64,000 bases of DNA from a virus (taxonomy: Duplodnaviria > Caudoviricetes). Under the pieces are notes generated by a model, which saw only the letters and a program-made list of their open reading frames with translations, searched no databases and was not told where the DNA came from. The position numbers and the translations under genes are program-made. Positions 20,272 through 30,461 of the stretch are shown piece by piece. How positions within the stretch are numbered: position 1 is the stretch's first letter; each line of letters opens with the position of its first letter. The stretch is from IMG/VR virus record IMGVR_UViG_3300028833_000053; one strand, given 5' to 3'.

Positions 20272-21534
20272 ATGGCACAACAAATTAAATTCTATGCTAC
20301 AACTTCTGCGTCCTATGATGCTCTTGTGGCTAGTGAATCAGTGAATGGTGCTGGCATATATTTCGTCGAAGGGGGCGAACTCTACAAGGGAACTTCACGT
20401 TTCGGTCTTGGACGAGTTACACTTGCCAGTTCCACCGCGGGGGTTGTAAACCCAGCTCGTGGTGATATTGTTGTCACTGGCTCCGGCGCTGGTTGGGTCT
20501 TTGACGGAACCAATTGGCAGAGCATTGGCGGTGACATTGGCACAATCACAAGTGCTTGGCAGTCTGACATTTCCGCAGCGGTTGAGGCTCTCGTTTCAAC
20601 CTTCACAACCGGTGACGCAGAGGGTCAGGTGAAGCTTGGTGATACCAATGCAACCGTCAATGGATGGTCTGATTTGGTTGGCAGCGTTTCTACAAATGCG
20701 ACAACTATTGCAAGTGTTTCTGAAAGGGTTACAGCCATTGAGAACATCGTGGATGCTTCTACCAACACGGTGACGGCAACTACGGGTTCCTTCTCCAACT
20801 TGAGCGTAGATTCTGCAACGTTCAATGCAACCACGGTTTCCGCTGGAACGCTTACTGTTGGTGGAAGCGACATCAGTGACCTGATTTCCGCTGGTGCAGA
20901 TGCAAGGATTTCTGCTGCCAAGTTGAGTGGTACTATTTCCACTTCTGACGGCGCGGGCCTTGTCAATGAAGGACAGGTTGTGAATTATGTTTCCGCCCAG
21001 CTTCAGAGTTTTGACAACGCGATGCACTTCAAGGGAGCTGGTACGTCCCTTCCTGCAAGCGCGGAGGCAGGTGACGTATATGTATTCACTGCCAACGCAA
21101 CAGACGAGTCTGGCTACAAGGCTGGACAAGAAGTTGTTTACACGGGTTCCGCCTGGGAAGTCATTGGCGACCAGAACACCTATGCAGTCGCGGCAACAGT
21201 TGACGCTTCTTGGTCAACCCTTGGAACTGCTGCGTTTGTAAACACGGCTGACACGGTTACGGCAGATGCCACCACGCTTCCTACATGCAGCGCAGTTGCG
21301 TCTTATGTTTCAAGCGAAATCGCTTCTGCAATCGGAGCCCTCGCAGGTTCTTCAAGTGACTCCGATAAGGGCGTTGCAGTTGAGGTTGTCACAGCCGACG
21401 GTGAGGTTTCTACCGTTGACGTGACGGTAACTCTTGACACCACGCTCAGTGCAAACGATAACAACGCTCCAACCACAAAGGCAGTCTACGATGCCCTTTG
21501 CTGGCTTGACGCTTCTGGTTCTGTCATCAGCTAA
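20272..21534 (+). CDS. Ala/Ser/Thr-rich fibre-like structural protein
   Basis: AMHFKG..LP..A.AGDVY..WEVIG and APTTKAVYD motifs typical of phage fibre proteins; GTAAATA at 20178. Confidence 0.7.
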   Translation: MAQQIKFYATTSASYDALVASESVNGAGIYFVEGGELYKGTSRFGLGRVTLASSTAGVVNPARGDIVVTGSGAGWVFDGTNWQSIGGDIGTITSAWQSDISAAVEALVSTFTTGDAEGQVKLGDTNATVNGWSDLVGSVSTNATTIASVSERVTAIENIVDASTNTVTATTGSFSNLSVDSATFNATTVSAGTLTVGGSDISDLISAGADARISAAKLSGTISTSDGAGLVNEGQVVNYVSAQLQSFDNAMHFKGAGTSLPASAEAGDVYVFTANATDESGYKAGQEVVYTGSAWEVIGDQNTYAVAATVDASWSTLGTAAFVNTADTVTADATTLPTCSAVASYVSSEIASAIGALAGSSSDSDKGVAVEVVTADGEVSTVDVTVTLDTTLSANDNNAPTTKAVYDALCWLDASGSVIS

Positions 21535-21648
21535 TGAAACGACAAAGAGATAGCAATATCTCTCTTCACACAATGGTGTTCGGGGATTTCTCCGAACATC
21601 ATTTGTTTTTAGTATAATTGTCATAGTATATAAAGCAAAGGAAAATCC

Positions 21649-22701
21649 ATGGCAACCAAGAAAAAGACTACCGCTACGAAGAAAACCACAACTTCAAGGA
21701 AAAAGAAGTCAACAGCAAAGGCAAAGAAACTCCAAATTCTAGTTCCACAGTACAAGGAAACTGAGGAAGTGTTGAAGTCGCTTCTTGATTCAATCGCGCT
21801 TCAACAGGGCATTGATTTCAAGGACGTGGGCGTTATCATCGTGAATGACGGCTACCCGAAGTCAAAGCTTTCCGACGAATTCATCAAGTCCTATCCTTTC
21901 CAGATTGACTACTATATGGAAGAGCACCGTGGGGTTTCGGGCACTAGAAACTCCTGTCTTGATCACGCCACTGCGGATTATGTCATGTTCTGCGATGCGG
22001 ACGACATGTTCTTTTCCATGGTTGGATTGAACGTGATGATGGTGGAAATGGACAAGGGTTTCAACTCCCTCACCACGAAGTTCTATGAGGAAGTTCTGCG
22101 TGGAGACAAGTTCTGGTTCACGGAGCACAAGCAAGACAGAACGTTCGTCCATGGAAAGTTCCACAAGAGGCAATATCTCATTGACAAGAACATCCGCTTC
22201 AACGATTCCCTTATGGTGCATGAGGATTCCTATTTCAACTACATGGCTACAACCTTGGCAGACGACCCCAATACCATAAAGTATTCCGACGTGCCAATCT
22301 ACCTTTGGAAGTGGCGTGACGAGTCCGTTTGCAGGCATGACCCATTGTACATGCAGAAGACCTACAAGAACTATCTTGATTCTGTCACCGCGCTTGTAGA
22401 GCAATTGATTGTAAGGGGGAAACTGGACAACGCAAAGATTCTCATCTGCACACAGATGTTCGACACCTACTATCTGATGAACACGCCAAGCTGGTTGAAG
22501 CAAGACAACCAAGAATATCGCATTGACACGGAGAGGAGATTCAAGGCGTTTTACGAGAAGTACGCTTGCATATTTGACAACGTGGAGAAACCCTTGAAGA
22601 TGAACATTTCCAATCAGGTCCGAGCCAACAAGATAAAGGCCGGCATGGAACTTGAAAACCAGACGTTTGAGCAATGGATTGACTACATCAAGGGTCTGTA
22701 A
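21649..22701 (+). CDS. Glycosyltransferase family 2
   Basis: ILVPQY, IIVNDG, GVSGTRN, MFCDADD, HED.YFN. Confidence 0.9.
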   Translation: MATKKKTTATKKTTTSRKKKSTAKAKKLQILVPQYKETEEVLKSLLDSIALQQGIDFKDVGVIIVNDGYPKSKLSDEFIKSYPFQIDYYMEEHRGVSGTRNSCLDHATADYVMFCDADDMFFSMVGLNVMMVEMDKGFNSLTTKFYEEVLRGDKFWFTEHKQDRTFVHGKFHKRQYLIDKNIRFNDSLMVHEDSYFNYMATTLADDPNTIKYSDVPIYLWKWRDESVCRHDPLYMQKTYKNYLDSVTALVEQLIVRGKLDNAKILICTQMFDTYYLMNTPSWLKQDNQEYRIDTERRFKAFYEKYACIFDNVEKPLKMNISNQVRANKIKAGMELENQTFEQWIDYIKGL

Positions 22702-22811
22702 AATACATATCGTAGCGTGGAAAGTGAAGATGGGAATGTGAGTTTCCCATCTTTATTTTTATTTCAATTTGTGGTATAATGTATCTGGACTATATTGAAA
22801 GGACATATGCA

Positions 22812-23015
22812 ATGAGCAATTCGACAAAAGTTTCCGTGGGTGGAACAAGTTTCACGAACCTTCTTTTCCTGGTTTTTCTTGTGTTGAAACTGACGAAGGT
22901 TATTGACTGGAGTTGGTGGTGGGTGACCGCTCCGCTTTGGATTCCATTCAGCCTGATTCTGGTTTTTCTGATTTTGGTTGCTATTGCTTCATCTTCTTCA
23001 GGAAGAAGATGGTAA
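22812..23015 (+). CDS. Small membrane protein (WSWW type)
   Basis: LVLKLTKVIDWSWWWVTAPLWI. Confidence 0.75.
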   Translation: MSNSTKVSVGGTSFTNLLFLVFLVLKLTKVIDWSWWWVTAPLWIPFSLILVFLILVAIASSSSGRRW

Positions 23016-23023
23016 ATACCATC

Positions 23024-23668
23024 ATGGAAATTGTGAAGAAGATAAAGGACAAGTTGTATTAGTTGTGGGCGAAGTTCCTCACGTACTTTGGGAAGATAAA
23101 GATATTGAGCTTCAATTTCTTTCCCGTGCTTGTATATGATCCCGATCCATTTCAGGTTACTGGATATGACATCACCGAGATAATGAAGTTGATAAAGCCG
23201 GGTGACGTTCTCATACGCGGCTACAACAAGTACCTTGACGGGAAGTTCATTCCAGACGAGAGGGGGTATTCACACGCAGGGCTTTACATTGGGGGAAACG
23301 AGGTCATACATTCAGTTGCACCGAAGGTTTGCATTACGCACCTCATAGATTTCTGCGAAGCAGACCGCATAATGGTGTTGCGTCCGATTTGCGGACAAGA
23401 CGAAGCCATAACGATAGCGAAGAGCAAGATTGACGTTCCCTATGACTTTGACTTCAAGTCCGACATAGGGAAGTTGTACTGCTTTGAACTTATAGCCAAT
23501 TGCTATCCACAGGCGAACATACAGACATACACACTGAAGAAACTGTTTGGTATAATTAAGAGAAAGTGCTACATAGCGAAGTCGATATACCTGAATCCGT
23601 ACTTTGACATTGTATTTGAAAGGAACGTCAAGAATGAAACTGGAGCAAGATGTTTGTGGGAAAATTGA
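23024..23668 (+). CDS. YiiX/YebB-like permuted papain-like amidase (TAG at codon 13)
   Basis: KPGDVL, YSHAGLY, PYDF.F and LYCFELI, with His preceding Cys. Confidence 0.85.
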
Positions 23669-25139
23669 GAACGCCCCCACGTTGCTGGAGAAAGTCAAGA
23701 TTTTATTGAACGAAGCTCATATGTCTGACGTGGTATATGAGACAAAGGAAACCGACAGTTCCAAGGTTCAAGACATTGCGTTGATTCAGTGTTTTTACGG
23801 AACCGACATCCGAAGGATAAGGGCAACAACACAGGCAATTGAATTCAACTTGCACATGACAAGCAAACCATCATCTTGGGTTTTCGTTGAATGTCAAACA
23901 AAGAAGTCCGAATGCGCCTTTACTTGGTTGAAGAAGTATGGCATCAAGCATGTGTTTGTTCCAATGAAAGCGAACAGCAAGGGAATCATGCTCAAGAACC
24001 CCTTATGGAACATTGGGGCTATGAATTGCAAGGAGCAGAAGTTGTGTTTCGTTGACAGTGACGTTGTGTTGTGCAACTCCGATTGGGTGGAAAAGACGGC
24101 CCGGGAATTCGAGTCAGGCTATGACGTTCTTTCCTTGGCATCGCATCAATACTACCAATCGGATGATTCTTGCAAGTTGTATGAAACCATTGGGTACAAG
24201 TGGAAGAACAAGTCAACGGTTGAAAACGGACATTGTGGATTCACCCTTGGAATCACGCGAGGTCTTTTTGAGAAGATTGGGAAGTTTGATCCAACGTTGA
24301 TACTTGCGGACATTGACACGTTCCACAAGATAATAGGGGACAAGTATTTCAAGCCTTTCCAGAAATGGTGGTTTCCAACCAATCCCACGTTAGTAAACAG
24401 GGGATTCAACTGTCAATTCGGGTATGTTGACAACATTGCCTGTCATGTTTGGCATGGTGATTGTGAATCAAAGTATGATGACATAACCACGTTGTTGCGA
24501 AAATGTGGCATGAAAGACATCCTTGACTGTCTTGACAATTGCAAATTGCCGACATGGAACATTTCAACGTCAAGAAATATGGCACTAAAAAACGTCATGT
24601 TGCGGTATCAAAAATATATGTCATTGGATGAAGAGACACGAAATGGAAAGTCCTTTGATATGATGGGGGAATACTATTCTGAATTGGAGAACTTATCTGG
24701 AAAAATAGATGATGCTCATCCGTTGATTATATGCACCGTGGTTGAAGATGGATTCAATGTCAAGTTGACGGATTTTCTTGAGTTTAAGCAACATGTGGAA
24801 AAGGAATTTTCCCATTCCAAATTGAAACCCCAGGTTTTGTTCTTTACCGACTGTGATGAATTTGATTTTGCATCTGTTGAAGTGAATATAGTTCCTATAC
24901 AAAGTGGACTCTCAGAAAATGAATACATTGAATTCATAATGGGTAATGCACAGATATATCCAAAAAATGCCATATTGTACTATATTCCATTTGATTTGCA
25001 AAAGTTCAATGTAAAATTGGGGATTCCAAGCCAGAAGATGGAATTTTATGATGGAACTATTCTCATTCCAACATCAACAAATACTTCAATACAAAACAAT
25101 AAGAAATCAAGAAAACTTATGAAGTTGATTTCCAAATAA
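23634..25139 (+). CDS. GT-A-fold glycosyltransferase-like protein
   Basis: KNPLWNIGA..LCFVDSD (DxD) and HVWHG. Confidence 0.6.
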   Translation: MKLEQDVCGKIENAPTLLEKVKILLNEAHMSDVVYETKETDSSKVQDIALIQCFYGTDIRRIRATTQAIEFNLHMTSKPSSWVFVECQTKKSECAFTWLKKYGIKHVFVPMKANSKGIMLKNPLWNIGAMNCKEQKLCFVDSDVVLCNSDWVEKTAREFESGYDVLSLASHQYYQSDDSCKLYETIGYKWKNKSTVENGHCGFTLGITRGLFEKIGKFDPTLILADIDTFHKIIGDKYFKPFQKWWFPTNPTLVNRGFNCQFGYVDNIACHVWHGDCESKYDDITTLLRKCGMKDILDCLDNCKLPTWNISTSRNMALKNVMLRYQKYMSLDEETRNGKSFDMMGEYYSELENLSGKIDDAHPLIICTVVEDGFNVKLTDFLEFKQHVEKEFSHSKLKPQVLFFTDCDEFDFASVEVNIVPIQSGLSENEYIEFIMGNAQIYPKNAILYYIPFDLQKFNVKLGIPSQKMEFYDGTILIPTSTNTSIQNNKKSRKLMKLISK

Positions 25140-25210
25140 CCCAAATATGCTTGTGCCTTTATTTGTCTTTTTTGGTAAATAATGTATATTAGGCGAATGA
25201 GACACATAGA

Positions 25211-25759
25211 ATGGGCAATTTCTATATAAAAACATTGAATGTAACTGGAAACAGGCTGTTTTCCAATGAGAAAAATCCATTGGACATTCCTCCGTTGCCA
25301 GAGCCAGAGAAGGTTTAGATTCCTGAAGCCAAACCATAGAGGTTGTCTATCGTATGGTGGAGGCATCCAAAGGACGAGCCGAAGGATTGGAAGGAACTGA
25401 AAAGCATTCCACCACCGCCCTGGGCGCCGCCGCCACCACCTCCTCCCATTCCTCCACCTACACCGGCTCCGACTCCTCCGCCAAAACCACCTACACCATA
25501 TAGTCCATATTCCGACCCGGATACGGACAAGCCTGGTGTCATTCCATACATAAGGCCGATCAAGGGTGTTTTGCAGCGTGGCACTATTCATTGTGTTTGG
25601 ATTAAGGGCAAGAAGCCACCACCCCCTCCACCTCCGCCAATTCCACCACCACCATTCCCGGTTCCCCCTCCTCCGCCAGGACAATCCATTCCTTTGGTGA
25701 ATCCAATGCAGCAATGGGGACAATATATGTACTAGGCGTTTCCAAATCAACCACGTTGA
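25211..25759 (+). CDS. Polyproline-rich protein (TAG at 25316, 25337, 25733)
   Basis: Continuous 182-aa frame; GTAAATA at 25175. Confidence 0.7.
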
Positions 25760-25790
25760 TTTGTGTAAATACTTGAAAGGAATCTGAACA

Positions 25791-26438
25791 GTGGTTAACT
25801 ACTTTTACATATCGGACGTACATTTTGGCTATCAGACAGACACAAATCCCATAAGGCGGACGTCCTATCAACTTACTTTCTCGCATTACAAGTTGAACGG
25901 TCCAAAGGACTATGACAACAGATTGACAAACAACTGGAACGCCATAGTGAAACCAACGGACCATGTTTTCATTCTTGGGGACATTTCCTGCTACGACACG
26001 AAAACCACGGTGAACTTGTTGAAGAACTTGAAGGGGCAGAAGCACCTCATATTGGGAAACCACGATTATCAGTTCCTTCACGATAATGACTTCCGCGGCC
26101 AGTTCGTTGAAATCAAGAACTACAAGGAGCAGAACATTGGGGATGGCGTGAGACTTATTCTCACTCATTATCCATTTTATACGTGGAATGGACGTTACAA
26201 AGGCAATCCAATGTTCTACGGTCACGTCCACAATACCTGGGAATATGACTCCTTCAAACAGTGCCAGGAAGCCCTGTACAAGTCATAGAACGAAAACTAT
26301 CCCTTGAACTCCTTGAACGTTGGCAGCATGATGCCTTGGATGAATATGACGCCGAGGAGCTTCCAATTCTGCATGAATGAAATGCAGAAGCAGCAAGACG
26401 AAGAAATTAGGCAGTTTCACATCTAGGGAATGAAATGA
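25791..26438 (+). CDS. Calcineurin-like metallophosphoesterase (TAG at 26286 and 26424)
   Basis: SDVHFG, LGD, GNHD, HYP, YGHVH. The family C-terminal NVG.MMPWMN.TP motif lies after the first TAG. Confidence 0.9.
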
Positions 26439-26469
26439 GGTATAATTGTTGTGAAGGAAACTTTGCAAC

Positions 26470-26847
26470 ATGACACAAGTACCATATCTTGAGGAAATCA
26501 TATCCTCCGTACCAAACCGAACCTATCGCCGTTTCAGAAAGCCAAAGGATGAAGTAATTTTCGTTGACTTGGACAAGGCAATCGCGGCGCGTCCATACAA
26601 GGGCAACACGGTGTCTTCCGGAAACGATGGACATGAATATGAGAAAACGGAAGAACTCATTGACATATACTATCCAGGTGGGGTTGTCATAACAACACTA
26701 TACACTGGATCGATAAGGGGTTTCTGGTTCACCAACAACAAGTCAATCAGTCTTGACCAATACCACGATGCAACACGCAGCTTGGGCAATAACTACAGGC
26801 AGTTGCCACACAACACCAACGACTCCGACCAAAGCGGTCTCATTTGA
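26470..26847 (+). CDS. Hypothetical protein
   Basis: TATAAT promoter and SD. Confidence 0.6.
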   Translation: MTQVPYLEEIISSVPNRTYRRFRKPKDEVIFVDLDKAIAARPYKGNTVSSGNDGHEYEKTEELIDIYYPGGVVITTLYTGSIRGFWFTNNKSISLDQYHDATRSLGNNYRQLPHNTNDSDQSGLI

Positions 26848-26861
26848 AAGGATATACATTT

Positions 26862-27683
26862 ATGGAATTGAACGAGAGAGAGAAGAACATCGTAAACCTC
26901 ATCAACCAATTGTCGGAAGCTGCTTCCGACGAGGCAACTACCCAAGATGCCATTGACAGGATTTTAGGGAACATCAAGCAGGAAACGGCTTCTGACATAA
27001 GGCATCAGATGGAAAACGTTGACAAACTCCCAGAACGTCCGAAGATTCCAATACCGGATGTCGGCCACACAAACGACTTGGCGAACATCATAGCGAACGA
27101 TCAAAAGAGAATGGCAGAGGCTATGGCGCACCAGCATACCCACGCCACGCCAAGGAGTCCGCTTATATTCACGCGCATAAGGGAGGTAAAGGCGCCGGTG
27201 AAAGCGCATCCAACCGACGCGGGAATAGACTTCTTCGTTCCAGATGCAAAGGCTTGGACTGACGAATACAAGTCAATGGTCAGGACATACTCCAAGAACC
27301 CGGACAACCAGGATCTTGTGTTCATAGGCGTGAATGGCGTTGAGGTTGCTCCGGGTGCGCACGTTGCAATTCCATCTGGCATCAAGACAATCATTCCACC
27401 AGGTTTGGCTATGATGATGGTGAACAAGTCTGGGGTTGCTACCAAGATGAAACTTGATCACTCCGCTTGTCTCATTGACTCGGAGTACCGTGATGAACTC
27501 ATTTTCTGCTTCTTCAACAACAATCAGGACAGAGTTTTGATTGAACCTGGAATGAAAATCACCCAGGGGCTTATAGTGCCCGTCATAAATCTTGGAATTC
27601 AGGAAGTTTTGAATCGAGTTTATGAAGATATGGGCAAGCAATCCGACCGGGGTGGCGGTTTTGGCTCATCTGGACAAAAGTAA
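26862..27683 (+). CDS. dut: Trimeric dUTPase with ~100-aa N-terminal extension
   Basis: DAGIDF, KSG, LIDSEYR, KITQ, RGGGFGSSG. Confidence 0.9.
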   Translation: MELNEREKNIVNLINQLSEAASDEATTQDAIDRILGNIKQETASDIRHQMENVDKLPERPKIPIPDVGHTNDLANIIANDQKRMAEAMAHQHTHATPRSPLIFTRIREVKAPVKAHPTDAGIDFFVPDAKAWTDEYKSMVRTYSKNPDNQDLVFIGVNGVEVAPGAHVAIPSGIKTIIPPGLAMMMVNKSGVATKMKLDHSACLIDSEYRDELIFCFFNNNQDRVLIEPGMKITQGLIVPVINLGIQEVLNRVYEDMGKQSDRGGGFGSSGQK

Positions 27684-27782
27684 ACTTTTAGACAAAAATG
27701 AAATAATTTCTCAAACCCCCTTGCTTTTCTGACGGCAATATGATATACTGTTGGTGTCAAGGGAAAACAAGGAGTAGAGAAA

Positions 27783-28064
27783 ATGACGAGAAAAGAGTTG
27801 GTTGATTTGTTGGTTGCCAACTACGCCGAGGATGACGAGGTGTATGTTCGCTATCTTGACGACCAAGGAGAGTGCGTTGACAAGGTGAAGGGCGTTGATG
27901 ACGTGATCCAGACCTACTGCAACGGACACTATGAGGTTCGTGGCGCGAATGGCGAATGGGAGAAACTGAAGGATGGCGATTCTTTGTGGAATTACACGAC
28001 AGACAACTCCAGATATGTTACTGACCACAAGTATGACAGGACGCGCAAGTGCATTGTGGTTTGA
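27783..28064 (+). CDS. Hypothetical protein
   Basis: Promoter and SD AAGGAG. Confidence 0.65.
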   Translation: MTRKELVDLLVANYAEDDEVYVRYLDDQGECVDKVKGVDDVIQTYCNGHYEVRGANGEWEKLKDGDSLWNYTTDNSRYVTDHKYDRTRKCIVV

Positions 28065-28086
28065 TTAAGTCAAGGAGTTGAGTGCA

Positions 28087-28206
28087 ATGGACATCCGCAA
28101 GCATCGTTTCGTACCAAACTTCTCCACCGCAACCCGCGTGATTGTGGACAAGAAGCGCAAGCAGAAGTCCCGCAAGTTTCTGAACAATCCCAAGAACTGG
28201 AGGTGA
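28087..28206 (+). CDS. 39-aa basic peptide
   Basis: SD AAGGAG; MDIRKHRFVPNFSTATRVIVDKKRKQKSRKFLNNPKNWR. Confidence 0.55.
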   Translation: MDIRKHRFVPNFSTATRVIVDKKRKQKSRKFLNNPKNWR

Positions 28207-28412
28207 AGACAATGGATGACAATGACAATGAAATACCAATCCCCCGTACTGTGGGGGAAATGATTGAGTTCCTTCAGAAGTTTCCGAAGGACCGCACACT
28301 TGACATCTACTATGTGGAACACGACGATGGCGGAGATTACGAAACTTCCGCATATTTCATGGAGTTTCAGGAACTCACGGACTATGGTTCGCTTGAACTC
28401 ACCATCAAGTAA
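28203..28412 (+). CDS. Hypothetical protein
   Basis: TVGEMIEFLQKFPKD pattern. Confidence 0.6.
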   Translation: MKTMDDNDNEIPIPRTVGEMIEFLQKFPKDRTLDIYYVEHDDGGDYETSAYFMEFQELTDYGSLELTIK

Positions 28413-28428
28413 AGAAGGAGAAGAGAAA

Positions 28429-28713
28429 ATGAAAACCAATGGATTCATTACCCGCAAGTTTGGCCGTCTGGAGTGCGACCGCAAGATGCTTGAAATGCGT
28501 CTGCGTTGCATTGACGAGACCATCGAGGAACTGCTTAAGGAGGCAATCAGCCTTGCACGTCTCAAGAAGCGTTGCAAGCGCAATCTCACCAAGGTGAACG
28601 AGAACCTGTCCAAGCTGGCTCCGCGCCTCAAATGCGAGGAAGTTGTGGCCGAGAAGGTGCTTTCCCTTCCCGGACTTGAAGTGTCAACCGAAGGACTGGC
28701 AGAGTTGTTTTGA
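28429..28713 (+). CDS. Coiled-coil hypothetical protein
   Basis: SD AAGGAG. Confidence 0.6.
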   Translation: MKTNGFITRKFGRLECDRKMLEMRLRCIDETIEELLKEAISLARLKKRCKRNLTKVNENLSKLAPRLKCEEVVAEKVLSLPGLEVSTEGLAELF

Positions 28714-28729
28714 GAAAGGAGATTGAAAA

Positions 28730-28924
28730 ATGCCGATGATAAGTGAAGAGGACAAGATGAAGTTGCTTGAGGAAATCAGCGACATGACCTTTGTTGCGAG
28801 GTGGCTTGACAAGCGCATTGGCATGGAGTGCAACGCCAAGTGCAAGGAACTTCTCAACAAGACCCGTGATTACGTCAAGACCTCCATTGAAGTGCATTGG
28901 GCAGACATAAAGAACTTGACCTGA
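28730..28924 (+). CDS. Hypothetical protein
   Basis: SD AAGGAG. Confidence 0.6.
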   Translation: MPMISEEDKMKLLEEISDMTFVARWLDKRIGMECNAKCKELLNKTRDYVKTSIEVHWADIKNLT

Positions 28925-29042
28925 AAAAATCTGAAATTTTTTCGGAAAAGACTTTACAAGTCCCGTTGTATGACGTATAATAAAGTATGATTTGGAAGAC
29001 CCAATGATGGGGAATCCTATAACAAAGAAAGAAGAAAACAAA

Positions 29043-29303
29043 ATGAAGAAGACCATGAAGAAGTCCACGAAGTCCATCACCGCGCCCAAGGCCGTTCTCG
29101 TGAAGCCGACCGCCTCCTACACGAAGGATGAGGTCCGTTCCATCCTGCAGCTTTCCAAGGGCACCGCCCTCACGCGCCGTCCTGGCATGAATGGCCGTGG
29201 CAAGATTCCTGGCACCGCCGTCATCGCTTACCTTGAGAGCGCGAAGCGCGTCAAGGCTGGCCGCCGTTATGCGTCCGGCACGGTCACGGTTGTTGCCCGC
29301 TAA
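29043..29303 (+). CDS. Small, highly basic putative DNA-binding protein
   Basis: Own TTTACA-N17-TATAAT promoter, strongly biased codons, K/R-rich. Confidence 0.65.
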   Translation: MKKTMKKSTKSITAPKAVLVKPTASYTKDEVRSILQLSKGTALTRRPGMNGRGKIPGTAVIAYLESAKRVKAGRRYASGTVTVVAR

Positions 29304-29429
29304 TCTAAAGTTCCCTTGACCTCCATTTATTATTGAGGGAACGAGGTGGCTCCGAGTGGAGTCACCTTTTGTTTTACATATTGCGTACTTTGTTGTATAA
29401 TGTGGTATAACCAGAGGAAACATTTTATC

Positions 29430-30461
29430 ATGGAACAGACAACAAAGAAACGTGGCAAGAAGCCGAACAACGCAAATTCCAGAATGTACGTCAACGTCAA
29501 CCGTCAGAAGAAGGGGTATAAGGACAAGTACAAGGTTGAGACGGACAACGCGCTGCGCAAGTTCAAGGCAGATATGGGAAAGCCGGAAGACTATGAATTG
29601 ACGGAGCAAGAATGGCGCAGGTTCTTCACGACAATTTTGATTCCACTTGACCGCGAACGCGAAGTTAAGATGATTGACATGTTCAGAAGCGACCGCCCCC
29701 AGTTGAACAACCTTCTCATTCTACATAACGCCAAGGCCGGGGAAAACCTTGCCGAAGTCTATTTCAAGAAGTACCTCAAGAACTGCCCTACAAAGTGGTA
29801 TGATCTTGAGGACTTCAAGCAGTTGGCGAACGAGGGACTGGCAATAGCCGCAAAGAAGTTCGACCTTGACTACAAGAACCGCTTTCTGACATATGCAACG
29901 TGGTGGATATTGAACAAGGTGAGAAAGCCATACCAGGACAAGGGCGCAATGCTTACGCATACTTCCCTCTCCGCGCCAGCAGATTCATCGGACGACACCA
30001 ACCAAACAACCGTTGAGGACATTTTGGCACCCGACAAGATTATGCCTGGGTGGGAATCCTCCAGTGATGGGGATGACAACTCAAACCCATTGGACGTTCT
30101 TGAACGCAGGGATTCGGAGGAGAACCACAACCTCTACGCAGCCATAAAGACTTTGAAGCCAAACACATTGGAAACATTGGACAAAAACAAGGCAAGGCAA
30201 ATGATGGACTACCTTGTGTCCATCGTGGAGCAAAACGAAAACTCCTATGACAACAAGCAGATTTTCCTATATCTGTTCAGAAAGATATTCAACAAGTGTT
30301 CCACCATCTTCAAGGACTCCGAACCCCAAAGCAGAATAACGTCCTATGTGTCGGAAGCGGCCAAATCCAAGGCCGAACTGTTGAAGCGGTTGAACATGGA
30401 TGAGAAGCAATATGAGATTGCCTGCCAGAGATTGACAAGGGGTGGCTACAATGGCGTATAA
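29430..30461 (+). CDS. Sigma70-family RNA polymerase sigma factor
   Basis: Region 2: DLEDFKQLANEGLAIAAKKFD...RFLTYATWWI. Confidence 0.8.
   Translation: MEQTTKKRGKKPNNANSRMYVNVNRQKKGYKDKYKVETDNALRKFKADMGKPEDYELTEQEWRRFFTTILIPLDREREVKMIDMFRSDRPQLNNLLILHNAKAGENLAEVYFKKYLKNCPTKWYDLEDFKQLANEGLAIAAKKFDLDYKNRFLTYATWWILNKVRKPYQDKGAMLTHTSLSAPADSSDDTNQTTVEDILAPDKIMPGWESSSDGDDNSNPLDVLERRDSEENHNLYAAIKTLKPNTLETLDKNKARQMMDYLVSIVEQNENSYDNKQIFLYLFRKIFNKCSTIFKDSEPQSRITSYVSEAAKSKAELLKRLNMDEKQYEIACQRLTRGGYNGV

Noticed and set aside
16785-25750. Gly-, Arg- and Trp-rich minus-strand ORFs (e.g. 17722..17904, 25046..25750, 25315..25584)
   Set aside because: They are antisense shadows of the polyproline genes.
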